Of a stretch of 64,000 bases of DNA, positions 35,733-46,254 are shown piece after piece. Both the position numbers and the translations under genes were made by a program. The notes under the pieces were generated by a model. The model saw nothing but the letters and a program-made list of their open reading frames with translations, did not search any database and was not told the DNA's origin. Source of the DNA: Mobula hypostoma (taxonomy: Eukaryota); NCBI RefSeq assembly GCF_963921235.1, contig NC_086097.1, forward strand, positions 187,242,001-187,306,000. Reading direction: 5' to 3'. How positions within the stretch are numbered: the first letter of the stretch is position 1; every line of letters begins with the position of its first letter.

Positions 35733-36480
35733 AACATAGAAACATAGAAAACTTACAGCGCAATACAGGCCCTTTGGCCCACAAAGTTGTGCTGAACATG
35801 TTCCTACCTTAGAAATTACTGGGTTACACATAGCCCTCTATTTTACTAAGCTCCATGTACCGATCCAAAAGTCTCTTAAAAGACCCTATCGTATCCGTCT
35901 CCACCACCGTTGCTGGCAGACCATTCCACACACTCACCACTCTCTGAGTAAAAAACTTACCCCTGACATCTCCTCTGTACCTACTCCCCAGCACCTTAAA
36001 CCTGTGTCCTCTTGTGGCAACCATTTCAGCCCTGGGAAAAAGCCTCTGACTATCCACACGATCAATGCCTCTCATCATCTTATACACCTCCATCAGGTCA
36101 CCTCTCATCCTCCGTCGCTCCAAGGAGAAAAGGTCAAGTTCACTCAACCTGTTTTCAAAAAGCATGCTCCCCAATCCAGGCAACATCCTTGTAAATCTCC
36201 GCTGCACCCTTTCTATGGCTTCCACATCTTTCCTGTAGTGAAGCGACCAGAACTGAGCACAGTACTCCAAGTGGAGTCTGACCAGGATCCTATATAGCTG
36301 CAACATTACCTCTTGGCTCCTAAATTCATTTCCACGATTAATGAAGGTCAATACACCGTATGCCTTCTCAACCACAGAGTCAACCTGCACAGCTGCTTTG
36401 AGCGTCCTATGGACTCAGACCCCAAGATCCCTCTGATCCTCCACACTGCCAAGAGTCTTACCATTAATACTATATTCTGC
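35733..36480 (-). mobile_element. CR1 3' fragment (same subfamily as 25174-28792)
   Basis: ORF 35824..36390 (LVRLHLEYCAQFWS...TRGHRFKV...FFTQRVV); 3' UTR almost identical to 25180-25330. Confidence 0.95.
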
Positions 36481-36803
36481 TTTCTTAACTATAATGTCAC
36501 TTAGTTAGGCAACTTGTTAGTTTAGAACTTAATACGCTCACAAGTACTTGCATTTGTTTTTCCTTCCTTATTGTAGAAACCTCATTAGAGAAATCTGTTA
36601 ACTCTCCGAGATTTCTGGGTTCCTCTAATTCTGACCTCTTGTGTGTCATTGAATTTAATTACTCCACCATTACTACATGCAATTCTTTTTTTTTACTGCT
36701 AATGGTCCTAAACATAGAAACATAGAAAATAGGTGCAGGAGTAGGCCATTCGCCCCTTCGAGCCTGCACCGCCATTTATTATGATCATGGCTGATCATCC
36801 AAC

Positions 36804-39800
36804 TCAGAACCCCGCCCCAGCCTTCCCTCCATACCCGCTGATCCCCGTAGCCACAAGGGCCATATCTAACTCCCTCTTAAACATAGCCAATGAACTGGCC
36901 TCAACTGTTTCCTGTGGCAGAGAATTCCACAGATTCACCACTCTCTGTGTGAAGAAGTTTTTCCTAATCTCGGTCCTAAAAGGCTTCCCCTTTATCCTCA
37001 AACTGTGACCCCTCGTTCTGGACTTCCCCAACATCGGGAACAATCTTCCTGCATCTAGCCTGTCCAATCCCTTTAGGATTTTATACGTTTCTATCAGATC
37101 CCCCCTCAATCTTCTAAATTCCAACGAGTACAAGCCCTGTTCATCCAGTCTTTCTTCATATGAAAGTCCTGCCATCCCAGGAATCAATCTGGTGAACCTT
37201 CTTTGTACTCCCTCTATGGCAAGGATGTCTTTCCTCAGATTAGGGGACCAAAACTGCACACAATACTCCAGGTGTGGTCTCACCAAGGCCTTGTACAACT
37301 GCAGTAGTACCTCCCTGCTCCAGTACTCGAATCCTCTCGCTATAAATGCCAGCATACCATTCGCCTTTTTCACCGCCTGCTGTACCTGCATGCCCACTTT
37401 CAATGACTGGTGTATAATGACACCCAGGTCTCGTTGCACCTCCCCTTTTCCTAATCGGCCACCATTCAGATAATAATCTGTTTTCCTATTTTTGCCACCA
37501 AAGTGGATAACTTCACATTTATCCACATTAAATTGCATCTGCCATGAATTTGCCCACTCACCCAACCTATCCAAGTCACTCTGCATCCTCTTAGCATCCT
37601 CCTCACAGCTAACACTGCCACCCAGCTTCGTATCATCCGCAAACTTGGAGATGCTGCATTTAATTCCCTCATCCAAGTCATTAATATATATTGTAAACAA
37701 CTGGGGTCCCAGCACTGAGCCTTGCGGTACCCCACTAGTCACCGCCTGCCATTCTGAAAAGGTCCCGTTTATTCCCACTCTTTGCTTCCTGTCTGCTAAC
37801 CAATTCTCCACCCACACCAATACCTTACCCCCAATACCGTGTGCTTTAAGTTTGCACACTAATCTCCTGTGTGGGACCTTGTCAAAAGCCTTTTGAAAAT
37901 CCAAATATACCACATCCACTGGTTCTCCCCTATCCACTCTACTAGTTACATCCTCAAAAAATTCTATGAGATTCGTCAGACATGATTTTCCTTTCACAAA
38001 TCCATGCTGACTTTGTCCGATCATTTCACCGCTTTCCAAATGTGCTGTTATCACATCTTTGATAACTGACTCCAGCAGTTTCCCCACCACCGACGTTAGG
38101 CTAACTGATCTATAATTCCCCGGTTTCTCTCTCCCTCCTTTTTTAAAAAGTGGGGTTACATTAGCCACCCTCCAATCCTCAGGAACTAGTCCAGAATCTA
38201 ACGGGTTTTGAAAAATTATCACTAATGCATCCACTATTTCTTGGGCTACTTCCTTAAGCACTCTAGGATGCAGACCATCTGGCCCTGAGGATTTATCTGC
38301 CTTCAATCCCTTCAATTTACCTAACACCACTTCCCTACTAACATGTATTTCGCTCAGTTCCTCCATCTCACTGGACCCTCTGTCCCCTACTATTTCTGGA
38401 AGATTATTTATGTCCTCCTTAGTGAAGACAGAACCAAAGTAATTATTCAATTGGTCTGCCATGTCCTTGCTCCCCATAATCAATTCACCTGTTTCTGTCT
38501 GTAGGGGACCTACATTTGTCTTTACCAGTCTTTTCCTTTTTACATATCTATAAAAGCTTTTACAGTCAGTTTTTATGTTCCCTGCCAGTTTTCTCTCATA
38601 ATCTTTTTTCCCCTTCCTAATTAAGCCCTTTGTCCTCCTCTGCTGAACTCTGAATTTCTCCCAGTCCTCAGGTGAGCCACTTTCTCTGGCTAATTTGTAT
38701 GCTTCTTCTTTGGAATTGATACTATCCCTAATTTCTCTTGTCAGCCACGGGTGCACTACCTTCCTTGATTTATTCTTTTGCCAAACTGGGATGAACAATT
38801 GTTGTAGTTCATCCATGCAACCTTTAAATGCTTGCCATTGCATATCCACCGTCAATCCTTTAAGTGTCATTTGCCAGTCTATCTTAGCTAATTCACGTCT
38901 CATACCTTCAAAGTTACCCCTCTTTAAGTTCAGAACCTTTGTTTCTGAACTAACTATGTCACTCTCCATCTTAATGAAGAATTCCACCATATTATGGTCA
39001 CTCTTACCCAAGGGGCTTCTCATGACAAGATTGCTAATTAACCCTTCCTCATTGCTCAAAACCCAGTCCAGAATAGCCTGCTCTCTAGTTGGTTCCTCGA
39101 CATGTTGGTTCAAAAAACCATCCCGCATACAGTCCAAGAAATCCTCTTCCTCAGCACCTTTACCAATTTGGTTCACCCAATCTACATGTAGATTGAAGTC
39201 ACCCATTATAACTGCTGTTCCTTTATTGCACACATTTCTAATTTCCTGTTTAATACCATCTCCGACCTCACTACTACTGTTAGGTGGCCTGTACACAACT
39301 TCCACCAGCGTCTTCTGCCCCTTAGTGTTACGCAGCTCTACCCATATCAATTCCACATCTTCCTGGCTTATGTCCTTCCTTTCTATTGCGTTAATCTCTT
39401 CTTTAACCAGCAACGCCACCCCACCTCCCCTTCCTTCATGTCTATCCCTCCTGAATATTGAATATCCCTGAACATTGAGCTCCCATCCTTGGTCACCCTG
39501 GAGCCATGTCTCTGTGATCCCAATTATATCATAATCATTAATAACAATCTGCACATTCAATTCATCCACCTTATTACGAATGCTCCTTGCATTGACACAC
39601 AAAGCCTTCAGGCGCTCTTTTACAACTCTCTTAGCCCTTATACAATTATGTTGAAAAGTCGCCCTTTTTAATGCTTGCCCTGGATTTGTCGGCCTGCCAC
39701 TTTTACTTTTCTCCTTTGTACTTTTTGCTTCTACCCTCACTTTACACCCTTCTGTCTCTCTGCACTGGTTCCCATCCCCCTGTTGTGAACTAACCTCCTC

Positions 39801-39851
39801 ACGCCTAGCCTCTTTAATTTGATTCCCACCCCCCAACCATTCTAGTTTAAA
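36804..39851 (-). CDS. CR1 ORF2: APE endonuclease plus reverse transcriptase, uninterrupted, no N-terminal AUG
   Basis: NARS, GITETWL, YRPPN, GDFN, SDH (endonuclease); LDFQKAFD, GVPQGSVLGP, FADD (RT). The frame is open from the slippery site; the first Met lies inside the endonuclease (AVIMGDFN). Confidence 0.97.
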   Translation of the reverse strand, partial: FKLEWLGGGNQIKEARREEVSSQQGDGNQCRETEGCKVRVEAKSTKEKSKSGRPTNPGQALKRATFQHNCIRAKRVVKERLKALCVNARSIRNKVDELNVQIVINDYDIIGITETWLQGDQGWELNVQGYSIFRRDRHEGRGGGVALLVKEEINAIERKDISQEDVELIWVELRNTKGQKTLVEVVYRPPNSSSEVGDGIKQEIRNVCNKGTAVIMGDFNLHVDWVNQIGKGAEEEDFLDCMRDGFLNQHVEEPTREQAILDWVLSNEEGLISNLVMRSPLGKSDHNMVEFFIKMESDIVSSETKVLNLKRGNFEGMRRELAKIDWQMTLKGLTVDMQWQAFKGCMDELQQLFIPVWQKNKSRKVVHPWLTREIRDSINSKEEAYKLARESGSPEDWEKFRVQQRRTKGLIRKGKKDYERKLAGNIKTDCKSFYRYVKRKRLVKTNVGPLQTETGELIMGSKDMADQLNNYFGSVFTKEDINNLPEIVGDRGSSEMEELSEIHVSREVVLGKLKGLKADKSSGPDGLHPRVLKEVAQEIVDALVIIFQNPLDSGLVPEDWRVANVTPLFKKGGREKPGNYRSVSLTSVVGKLLESVIKDVITAHLESGEMIGQSQHGFVKGKSCLTNLIEFFEDVTSRVDRGEPVDVVYLDFQKAFDKVPHRRLVCKLKAHGIGGKVLVWVENWLADRKQRVGINGTFSEWQAVTSGVPQGSVLGPQLFTIYINDLDEGIKCSISKFADDTKLGGSVSCEEDAKRMQSDLDRLGEWANSWQMQFNVDKCEVIHFGGKNRKTDYYLNGGRLGKGEVQRDLGVIIHQSLKVGMQVQQAVKKANGMLAFIARGFEYWSREVLLQLYKALVRPHLEYCVQFWSPNLRKDILAIEGVQRRFTRLIPGMAGLSYEERLDEQGLYSLEFRRLRGDLIETYKILKGLDRLDAGRLFPMLGKSRTRGHSLRIKGKPFRTEIRKNFFTQRVVNLWNSLPQETVEASSLAMFKRELDMALVATGISGYGGKAGAGF

Positions 39852-40705
39852 GTCACCTCAGTAGCCCTCGCTAATCTCCCTGCCAGGATATTGGTCCCCC
39901 TAGGATTCAAGTGTAACCCGTCCTTTTTGTACAGGTCACGCCTGTGCCAAAAGAGGTCCCAATGATCCAAAAACTTGAATCCCTGCCCCCTGCTCCAATC
40001 CCTCAGCCACGCATTTATCCTCCACCTCATCGCATTCCTACTCTCACTGTCGCGTGGCACAGGCAGTAATCCCGAGATTACTACCTTTGCGGTCCTTTTT
40101 CTCAACTCCCTTCCTAGCTCCCTATATTCTCCTTTCAGGACTTCATCCCTTTTCCTACCTATGTCATTGGTACCTATATGTACCACGACCTCTGGCTCCT
40201 CACCCTCCCACTTCAGGATATCTTGGACACGATCAGAAATATCCCGGACCCTGGCACCAGGGAGGCAAACTACCATCCGGGTCTCTGGACTGCGTCCACA
40301 GAATCGCCTATCTGACCCCCTTACTATCGAGTCCCCTATCACAACTGCCCTCCTCTTCCTTGACCTACCCTTCTGAGCTACAGGGCCAGACTCTGTGCCG
40401 GAGGCACGGCCACTGTCGTTTCCCCCGGGTAAGCTGTCCCCTGCAACAGTACTCAAACAGGAGTACCTATTGTTAAGAGGCACAACCACAGGGGTACTCT
40501 CTATTACCTGACTCTTCCCCTTCCCCCTCCTAACCGTGACTCACTTGTCTGCCTCCCGTGGCCCCGGCGTGACCACCTGCCTGTAACTCCTCTCTATCAA
40601 CTCCTCACTCTCCCTGACCAGGCGAAGGTCATCGAGCTGCAGCTCCAGTTCCGTAACGCGGTCCCTTAGGAGCCGCATCTCGATGCACTTGGCACAGATG
40701 TGGAC
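39842..40705 (-). pseudogene. CR1 ORF1: zinc-finger/coiled-coil remnant plus SGNH (GDSL-like) esterase
   Basis: HICAKCIEMRLLRDRVTELELQLDDL..; premature TGA at 40541-40543; GDS, PGA, GTND and DGLH blocks intact. Confidence 0.93.
39845..39851 (-). promoter_or_regulatory. Candidate -1 frameshift slippery heptamer U UUA AAC
   Basis: ORF1 ends ACT TTA AAC TAG; ORF2 is in the -1 frame (TTT AAA CTA GAA TGG TTG...). Confidence 0.7.
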
Positions 40706-41134
40706 ATCTAGCTTCTGTGTTCATCGTAAATGTCCTCTGCCCCATTACCTTCCCTTCCTCCATCAAGATAACGCTTAAAATTTATCGCTTTAAGCTTTTG
40801 CTGACTTATTCCCTTATGAAGACATGTATACATTTTGTTGAATAACATCATTGGCTACCTCTAGACTTCAAAAAATTATTTCAATTTAGAATGTTTCCCA
40901 TTCAATTTTTGACTCAGTTTATGTCATGGTATATTAATTTTTGTAAAAATATTGGATGAACGTCCGAACAGTTCCAAGTGACACTTTAACTCACCGCATG
41001 TAAGGTGTCAAGGTATCTGTACAAGTTAAACACTATAGGATTGTTAATGTCTAATGCTTGCTGATAGTGGCTAGTGTCTCCCTTGGCCTCAGGCACATGT
41101 AGCATAAGGATGTCTGTCAATGAACATGAGCTGC

Positions 41135-41179
41135 TTGTTCTCATGCCACTAACATGCTGAGTTAGTGGCATGAGAACAA
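41135..41179. repeat. Perfect 19-bp inverted repeat with 7-nt loop
   Basis: TTGTTCTCATGCCACTAAC-atgctga-GTTAGTGGCATGAGAACAA. Confidence 0.95.
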
Positions 41180-42019
41180 AACACCAAAGCGTTCAGCTAT
41201 CTCTTTGTGTCTTTCAATACGAGGATTAAACCACTATTTAACAAGGCACCTTTCCCTTGGTTCTTGGAACTTCATCTAGACCAAAGAATCACGTTCAATA
41301 GGTGCCTAGAACAGACCCAGGGTGATTTCATGAGTCGGAATTTGGGTACTCCCCCGACAACCAAATGGCAAACAAGTCCCTCTACAGTGGTGAGAATCAA
41401 ATGGCGGCTGAGAATCGTGAGTCCTGAAATCCTTGTGGGAATCTGTGTACCTTATGACATAGTGTTTTGTGTGGTTTATTTGTGCTGCCTGTTTTATGAT
41501 AATAAATTAGGCATAAATTGCTTTGTTGTGCTTGTATGCTTATTACCACATCTCCCAGACACTCAAATTGTTTGGGTCTTTTGGGTCTGATCAACCCAGC
41601 TCATTATCATTTTATAACAGGCCCTTTTTGAATTAAGTGTATAACTGATCTGCATTGTTACTTTTTTAAAGGACCCAATCATCAATCAAAGTAAAAGATA
41701 GTGGGTTAGATTTTGCCTCATTTAATGAAATATTTTAATTATGCTTATTAGTGCAAACAGGTAACTGGCTAGGAAGCTAACATTACTGCAATAGATGATG
41801 AAAAATAAAGAATATTGATTTTCCTTCTCAGTGAAAAGCTATGTGCTAAATCTATGTGAAATACACCAAGAAATTTACTGACACTGCAATTACTGCCATT
41901 AGCAACATGATTCAATCATGAAGAACTATTGTAGACAGTGTTGCGTTTATTGAAAAAGCACCTGATTATATTCATAAATTCCACTGTATAAGTACAGCAT
42001 CATCTTTCAAATAAAATGT

Positions 42020-42210
42020 GCAGTGACTAGTGTTACTACATCACAGCTCCAATGACCTGGGTTTCATCCTGACCTTGGATGCTCTGCGTATTGAGCGTGA
42101 ACCTTCTATCTGTGAGCAAATGGGCTTTCTCTGGAGCATCCTGCTTCCTCCCATTTTCCAAAGATGTGCTGGTAGGTTAATCGACTACTTTAAATTATCC
42201 CAAGATTAGA
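42020..42210 (+). mobile_element. Degenerate V-SINE (HE1-like)
   Basis: tRNA-like head (CACAGCTCCAATGACCTGGGTTTCATCC) and V-domain-like TGGGCTTTCTCTGGAGC..CTTCCTCCCA..CCAAAGATGTGC..GTAGGTTAAT. Confidence 0.7.
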
Positions 42211-43094
42211 TATGTGGCAATAGAAAGGAAGGTCTTGGGCAAATGGGATACAGTGCTGCAGAAGTACAGGGAAAGAAAGAGAAGGGAATGAAATTGATTG
42301 GATTACACTGCAGGAAACTGGCATTCACCTGAAGAGGTGAATGACCTTCTTTGTTCTACTTGTGTAAAATCCAAGCTTTCAAAGAATCTGCAACATCTCA
42401 GCCAGCTGCACCAACTTGTCAAACATAATTCCACTCGGTACATTTTCTGGGTGAAACTAGGACATCTTAGCCCAATTTAGTCTTCTAAGAATGGGAAAAA
42501 GAAACTCACAATACAATAAGTATCAATAAGCCGAACTAATTATAGCAGTAATCAAGAAACAATAATCAGGAATAAAAACAGAAAACATTAGGGCCAATTA
42601 ACTGGTGAGGCAGTAAGCAGCATTTCCATAAAAGATTAAATCTATTTCCCTCGTCATATATGCTGTCTGTCCTGGTGTGCATCCATAGTGTTGTTGTTTA
42701 AATATTTCAAATCATAGCTGCAAATCTAAAATTGAAATAAAAAATTATCAGGTAAACTTCAATTTTATCATTTTAATCATTCTATTGTTATCCTCATCTG
42801 CAGCTTAAATGTTGTCAAAGATGTTTCCTTGAGATTAGCTTTGTATTTCGAGGATGAGGGCTGTAGGAAGGAAGATATGGGAAAACAGAGCAGCAGCCCA
42901 GTGAGAGAGGAAGAGGGACAACTTGCAGCTACATGTGCACTGAGTATCAATGGAGCGCCTCCCCAACAAGTTAACTCTGTGTGAGCACCTCTCAGGATGC
43001 TTCATTTTGCAAGAAGGCTTTATTTGAGTGATATCAACTACTTCAGTTCAATCCAGAGTTTAACCAGCACTGTTGGTTAAGGCCACACAAACTC

Positions 43095-43247
43095 CTCTCA
43101 GGCTTCCAGCCCCATCTAGGTGACGATTTTAACTGACATTTCGATGACAAACTCTGCTACTTTCATCAGGGATGATGTCTAAGCATGTCTAATCCAGTGG
43201 TAAATATATCCGGCTCCAGTCGTCTGTCCCTCCTGATTGGTTAGTCC
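43095..43247 (-). mobile_element. Penelope pseudo-LTR fragment (family of 8185-8812) with degenerate hammerhead
   Basis: Reverse complement aligns with 8655-8800; contains CTGATGA...GAAATGTC at 43131-43175. Confidence 0.8.
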
Positions 43248-45964
43248 TTTATAACATTAAGGGGTTTTTGGTAACCCTTGTCAAGGGGAGACAGACATCA
43301 AAGGAACAATCTGGTGTTGCATCATATATGATTTCTAATGTTGACTGGTGGAACAGAAAGAGACTATATTGTCTTCTGTTTCTGCATATACCATCAAGTG
43401 TCACAGCGGACCGATTTCTTAGCTACGTAGTTTATTACATGCAATCATCTCAATCCCTCAGAAGGGATTATCTTCCCTAAGGTGTCAGCTGCCATTAGCT
43501 GAACATGTAATGATCTACCTCCCATCTTTAATAAATTTAAATGAATCTGCTTTTTTTCAATCATATGCAGCATAACATGTAGGTATGTGCTTACTATTCT
43601 GACAGCAGTCTCCAACCTTTCAATCAGTACCATTTCTGAGAGTTAGTGGTATTCCAGTTCAATGGGCATCAGTGCACTGACAGGTAATTGAACATTTTAT
43701 CTTCATTTTCTTTGAACATTTCAGATAAATTTCCACTGGTAGTCCCCTATTTTTCTGCAATAACTTCAAAGGAAAAATTACAGAGACACCAGGAAAAGGA
43801 AGTAGACCAATTACTTGGATTTCAATAAGTTTTGTCATTCTTCTATTAAAGTTATAGGGGAAATCCCATAGAAGTTAATTCCTTGTATTTTTAGTTCATC
43901 AAAATAACAAGTTTACACATCCATACTGATATCTGTTTCCATTTTCTGAAAGATTTGGTTTGTTTTATTTGGGAAAGGGATTATATTTCTCTCTCTGCCC
44001 AAAAAAATACGATAGAAGTAGATCTGAATACATATTTAAAAACTACTAATCTGATAAATTTATTATTCTCAGTTGTTTTCTCTCATGAAATTTATGCCCT
44101 TATGTTCTCAGCAATTGAAGCCAAGTTTACAGACATTATATCGGATTAAGACGCAGGATGATATTGGGTATAAATACTGCAATTTTGTATCCAATGTAAT
44201 GTAAAGCAAGACCATAAGTTTCTGGTACTCAGAACAGTGGACCTAACATAAGAATTGTGTTTTTCAGAGATGAGTTTAGTTTGATCTTTAAGTATTCCTC
44301 CTGTTAGTAATCTACTGCTTAAATAAAATCATTACCTCCAGGCAGTCATGACCTGTTTCGATGTGAGAAAGATTAGACTAGTAATCCACATCTTGGGACA
44401 AAGTGGCAGGAAACTTCAAAAATAATTTAGTTATTTATTGCTGAAAAGGAGTTAGAAATTCCCCGGGCAAGTATCCCAGACCATTTTAAGTGTCTGCTCT
44501 TCAGTTTCAGCTGTCTGAGATTAAATTTTGACAATTTTTTTGCTTAATTTTGTAGTTTGACCTTCTTCTTTAGCTATATCAGTATTTTTCTCATTCTAGT
44601 TGATTATTCTCTTTGCCATTAATCATTCTATCACTGTAATTTGTATTCTAGTGATCTTTAAAATTTAACCACGCTTTACAGAGCTGGAAATCTCCACTGT
44701 GGTCCATTTCTAGACCCAATAACCCTACCTTACGCCATCAATGCAAAATGTATAGACAGTCAGCTCTGTGGAGAATATTGAAAGAAACAGTAACAAAGGC
44801 AAAGGCTCTGCCTCATTCTCACTAGCTGTGACCAGTTTTCATTGGAATAGAAGTGAGGTGCTCCAGAAAAGGCCCTTGTTATCTGTCCCAAAGAAACCAT
44901 AATCATTATAAAATTATCTTGGTCCTTACATTATTCACTCTGCATTCCATTTTCTAAGACTGTTGATCTGCTTTAGAAGTTAAAATGAACATCAGTTTTA
45001 GCTGTAGCATTGTATTATTCTGTCCTCTATTAGGATATGCCACAAGTTTCCTTTCTGGCCAGCAGGGTTATCTGCATTGCTCCATGCTTCAGTTAATGCC
45101 TGCAGTGACATTTTGCAGACTCCCCACTTCGTTATCACAGGAAAGTTCCTGCTGCCCAGGAGTGATAGCTCAGTTTTGGACTTGATTCTAATAGTGCCCA
45201 GCTCCTCATTTGCTATCTTAGCCATGTCTTGAAATGTTTAATAATTATATTTTTTTAATTAATGTTGAAGAAAGTTTTTGAAGGAGTCCTGAAGAATTAT
45301 TAAACAAGAAAAAAAATATTAGGTGCGATTGCCCAGCATCTTTTGTCTTCTGACAGACAACCTGGCTGCCCACACCAACCACAGCGACACATTTCTTCAT
45401 TACTGCTATCAGACAGACAGGTCTGCTGCCAGAAAAGAGAAATTGCAGTTGAAATATTTAACAACAGATGTCCAATTCTTTATTTATTTTGAGTACAGAG
45501 AAATTGGATGGCAAATTAAGAGAGTGTAGATGGAGTCCTGTTGTTTAATGCACACTGCAATGGTGAGGCTGGAGCCCCATGCCTTGGGATTGAATGGCAC
45601 CTGTGGAGGCATCATTAATACGATGATGTGTGGCCAGTGGCATATTGAGATTTATTGGAGCCTAGACCAAAAGAACTTAAAAGAACTCCACAGGCCATTG
45701 TGACTGAGGATTGTTGTGGATAGAATTCATGGGTAGGGGTATTTGTGCCCAAATATACTAGAGAAGTTTTTTTTGCATGCCACAATGGATTGCATAAAGG
45801 GAGAGTTTGTCAATGTGAGCTGACAATGTCAGAACACACGTGCGGAGGAAAGACAGACTCCCATGTAGAGATAGCAACCAAAGCTTTTCATAAGAATTCC
45901 AACAAAACATTGGTGGTCCAGCTGAGCAACACCACGATTTGTGACATTATCAAAACTAAGACCC

Positions 45965-46251
45965 TGTAGCGGTGTGCTACACACAGCGCTAGAATAGCGA
46001 CACATAGTCAGTGAGTTGTAGTTGCGAAAAAAGAGGTTTATTCAAACTTGGCGGCTTCCTTTAAAGCCTTCCCGTTCCTGCCCTCCCCGGGCAGGACTGC
46101 TGTGGGGAATGCATAAGTGCAGACCCTTTCTGAGCGCGGGTTTTCCCCCTGCTGGTGAAGATGGCCTGGCGCCCGTTTTGAGGCCAGCCTCTCTGCCGGC
46201 ACGCGCCGTTTTGTGAGCCCGTTCGAGTGCGCTGGAAAGTGGGTCACCACA
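45965..46251 (-). repeat. 3' LTR
   Basis: Direct repeat of 49944-50230; about 39 substitutions in 287 bp by manual count. Confidence 0.95.
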
Positions 46252-46254
46252 TAA

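Larger units (their letters stand above)
36711..40708 (-). mobile_element. Young near-full-length CR1 LINE, 5'-truncated within ORF1
   Basis: ORF1 plus intact ORF2, 3' UTR and AACATAGA tail repeats. Confidence 0.98.

Noticed and set aside
25180..36480. Apparent segmental duplication between 25180-25915 and 35740-36480
   Set aside because: Two insertions of one CR1 subfamily; the flanks are unrelated.
37192..40476. Plus-strand ORFs of up to 258 aa opposite the CR1 ORFs
   Set aside because: Antisense shadows of the CR1 coding frames.
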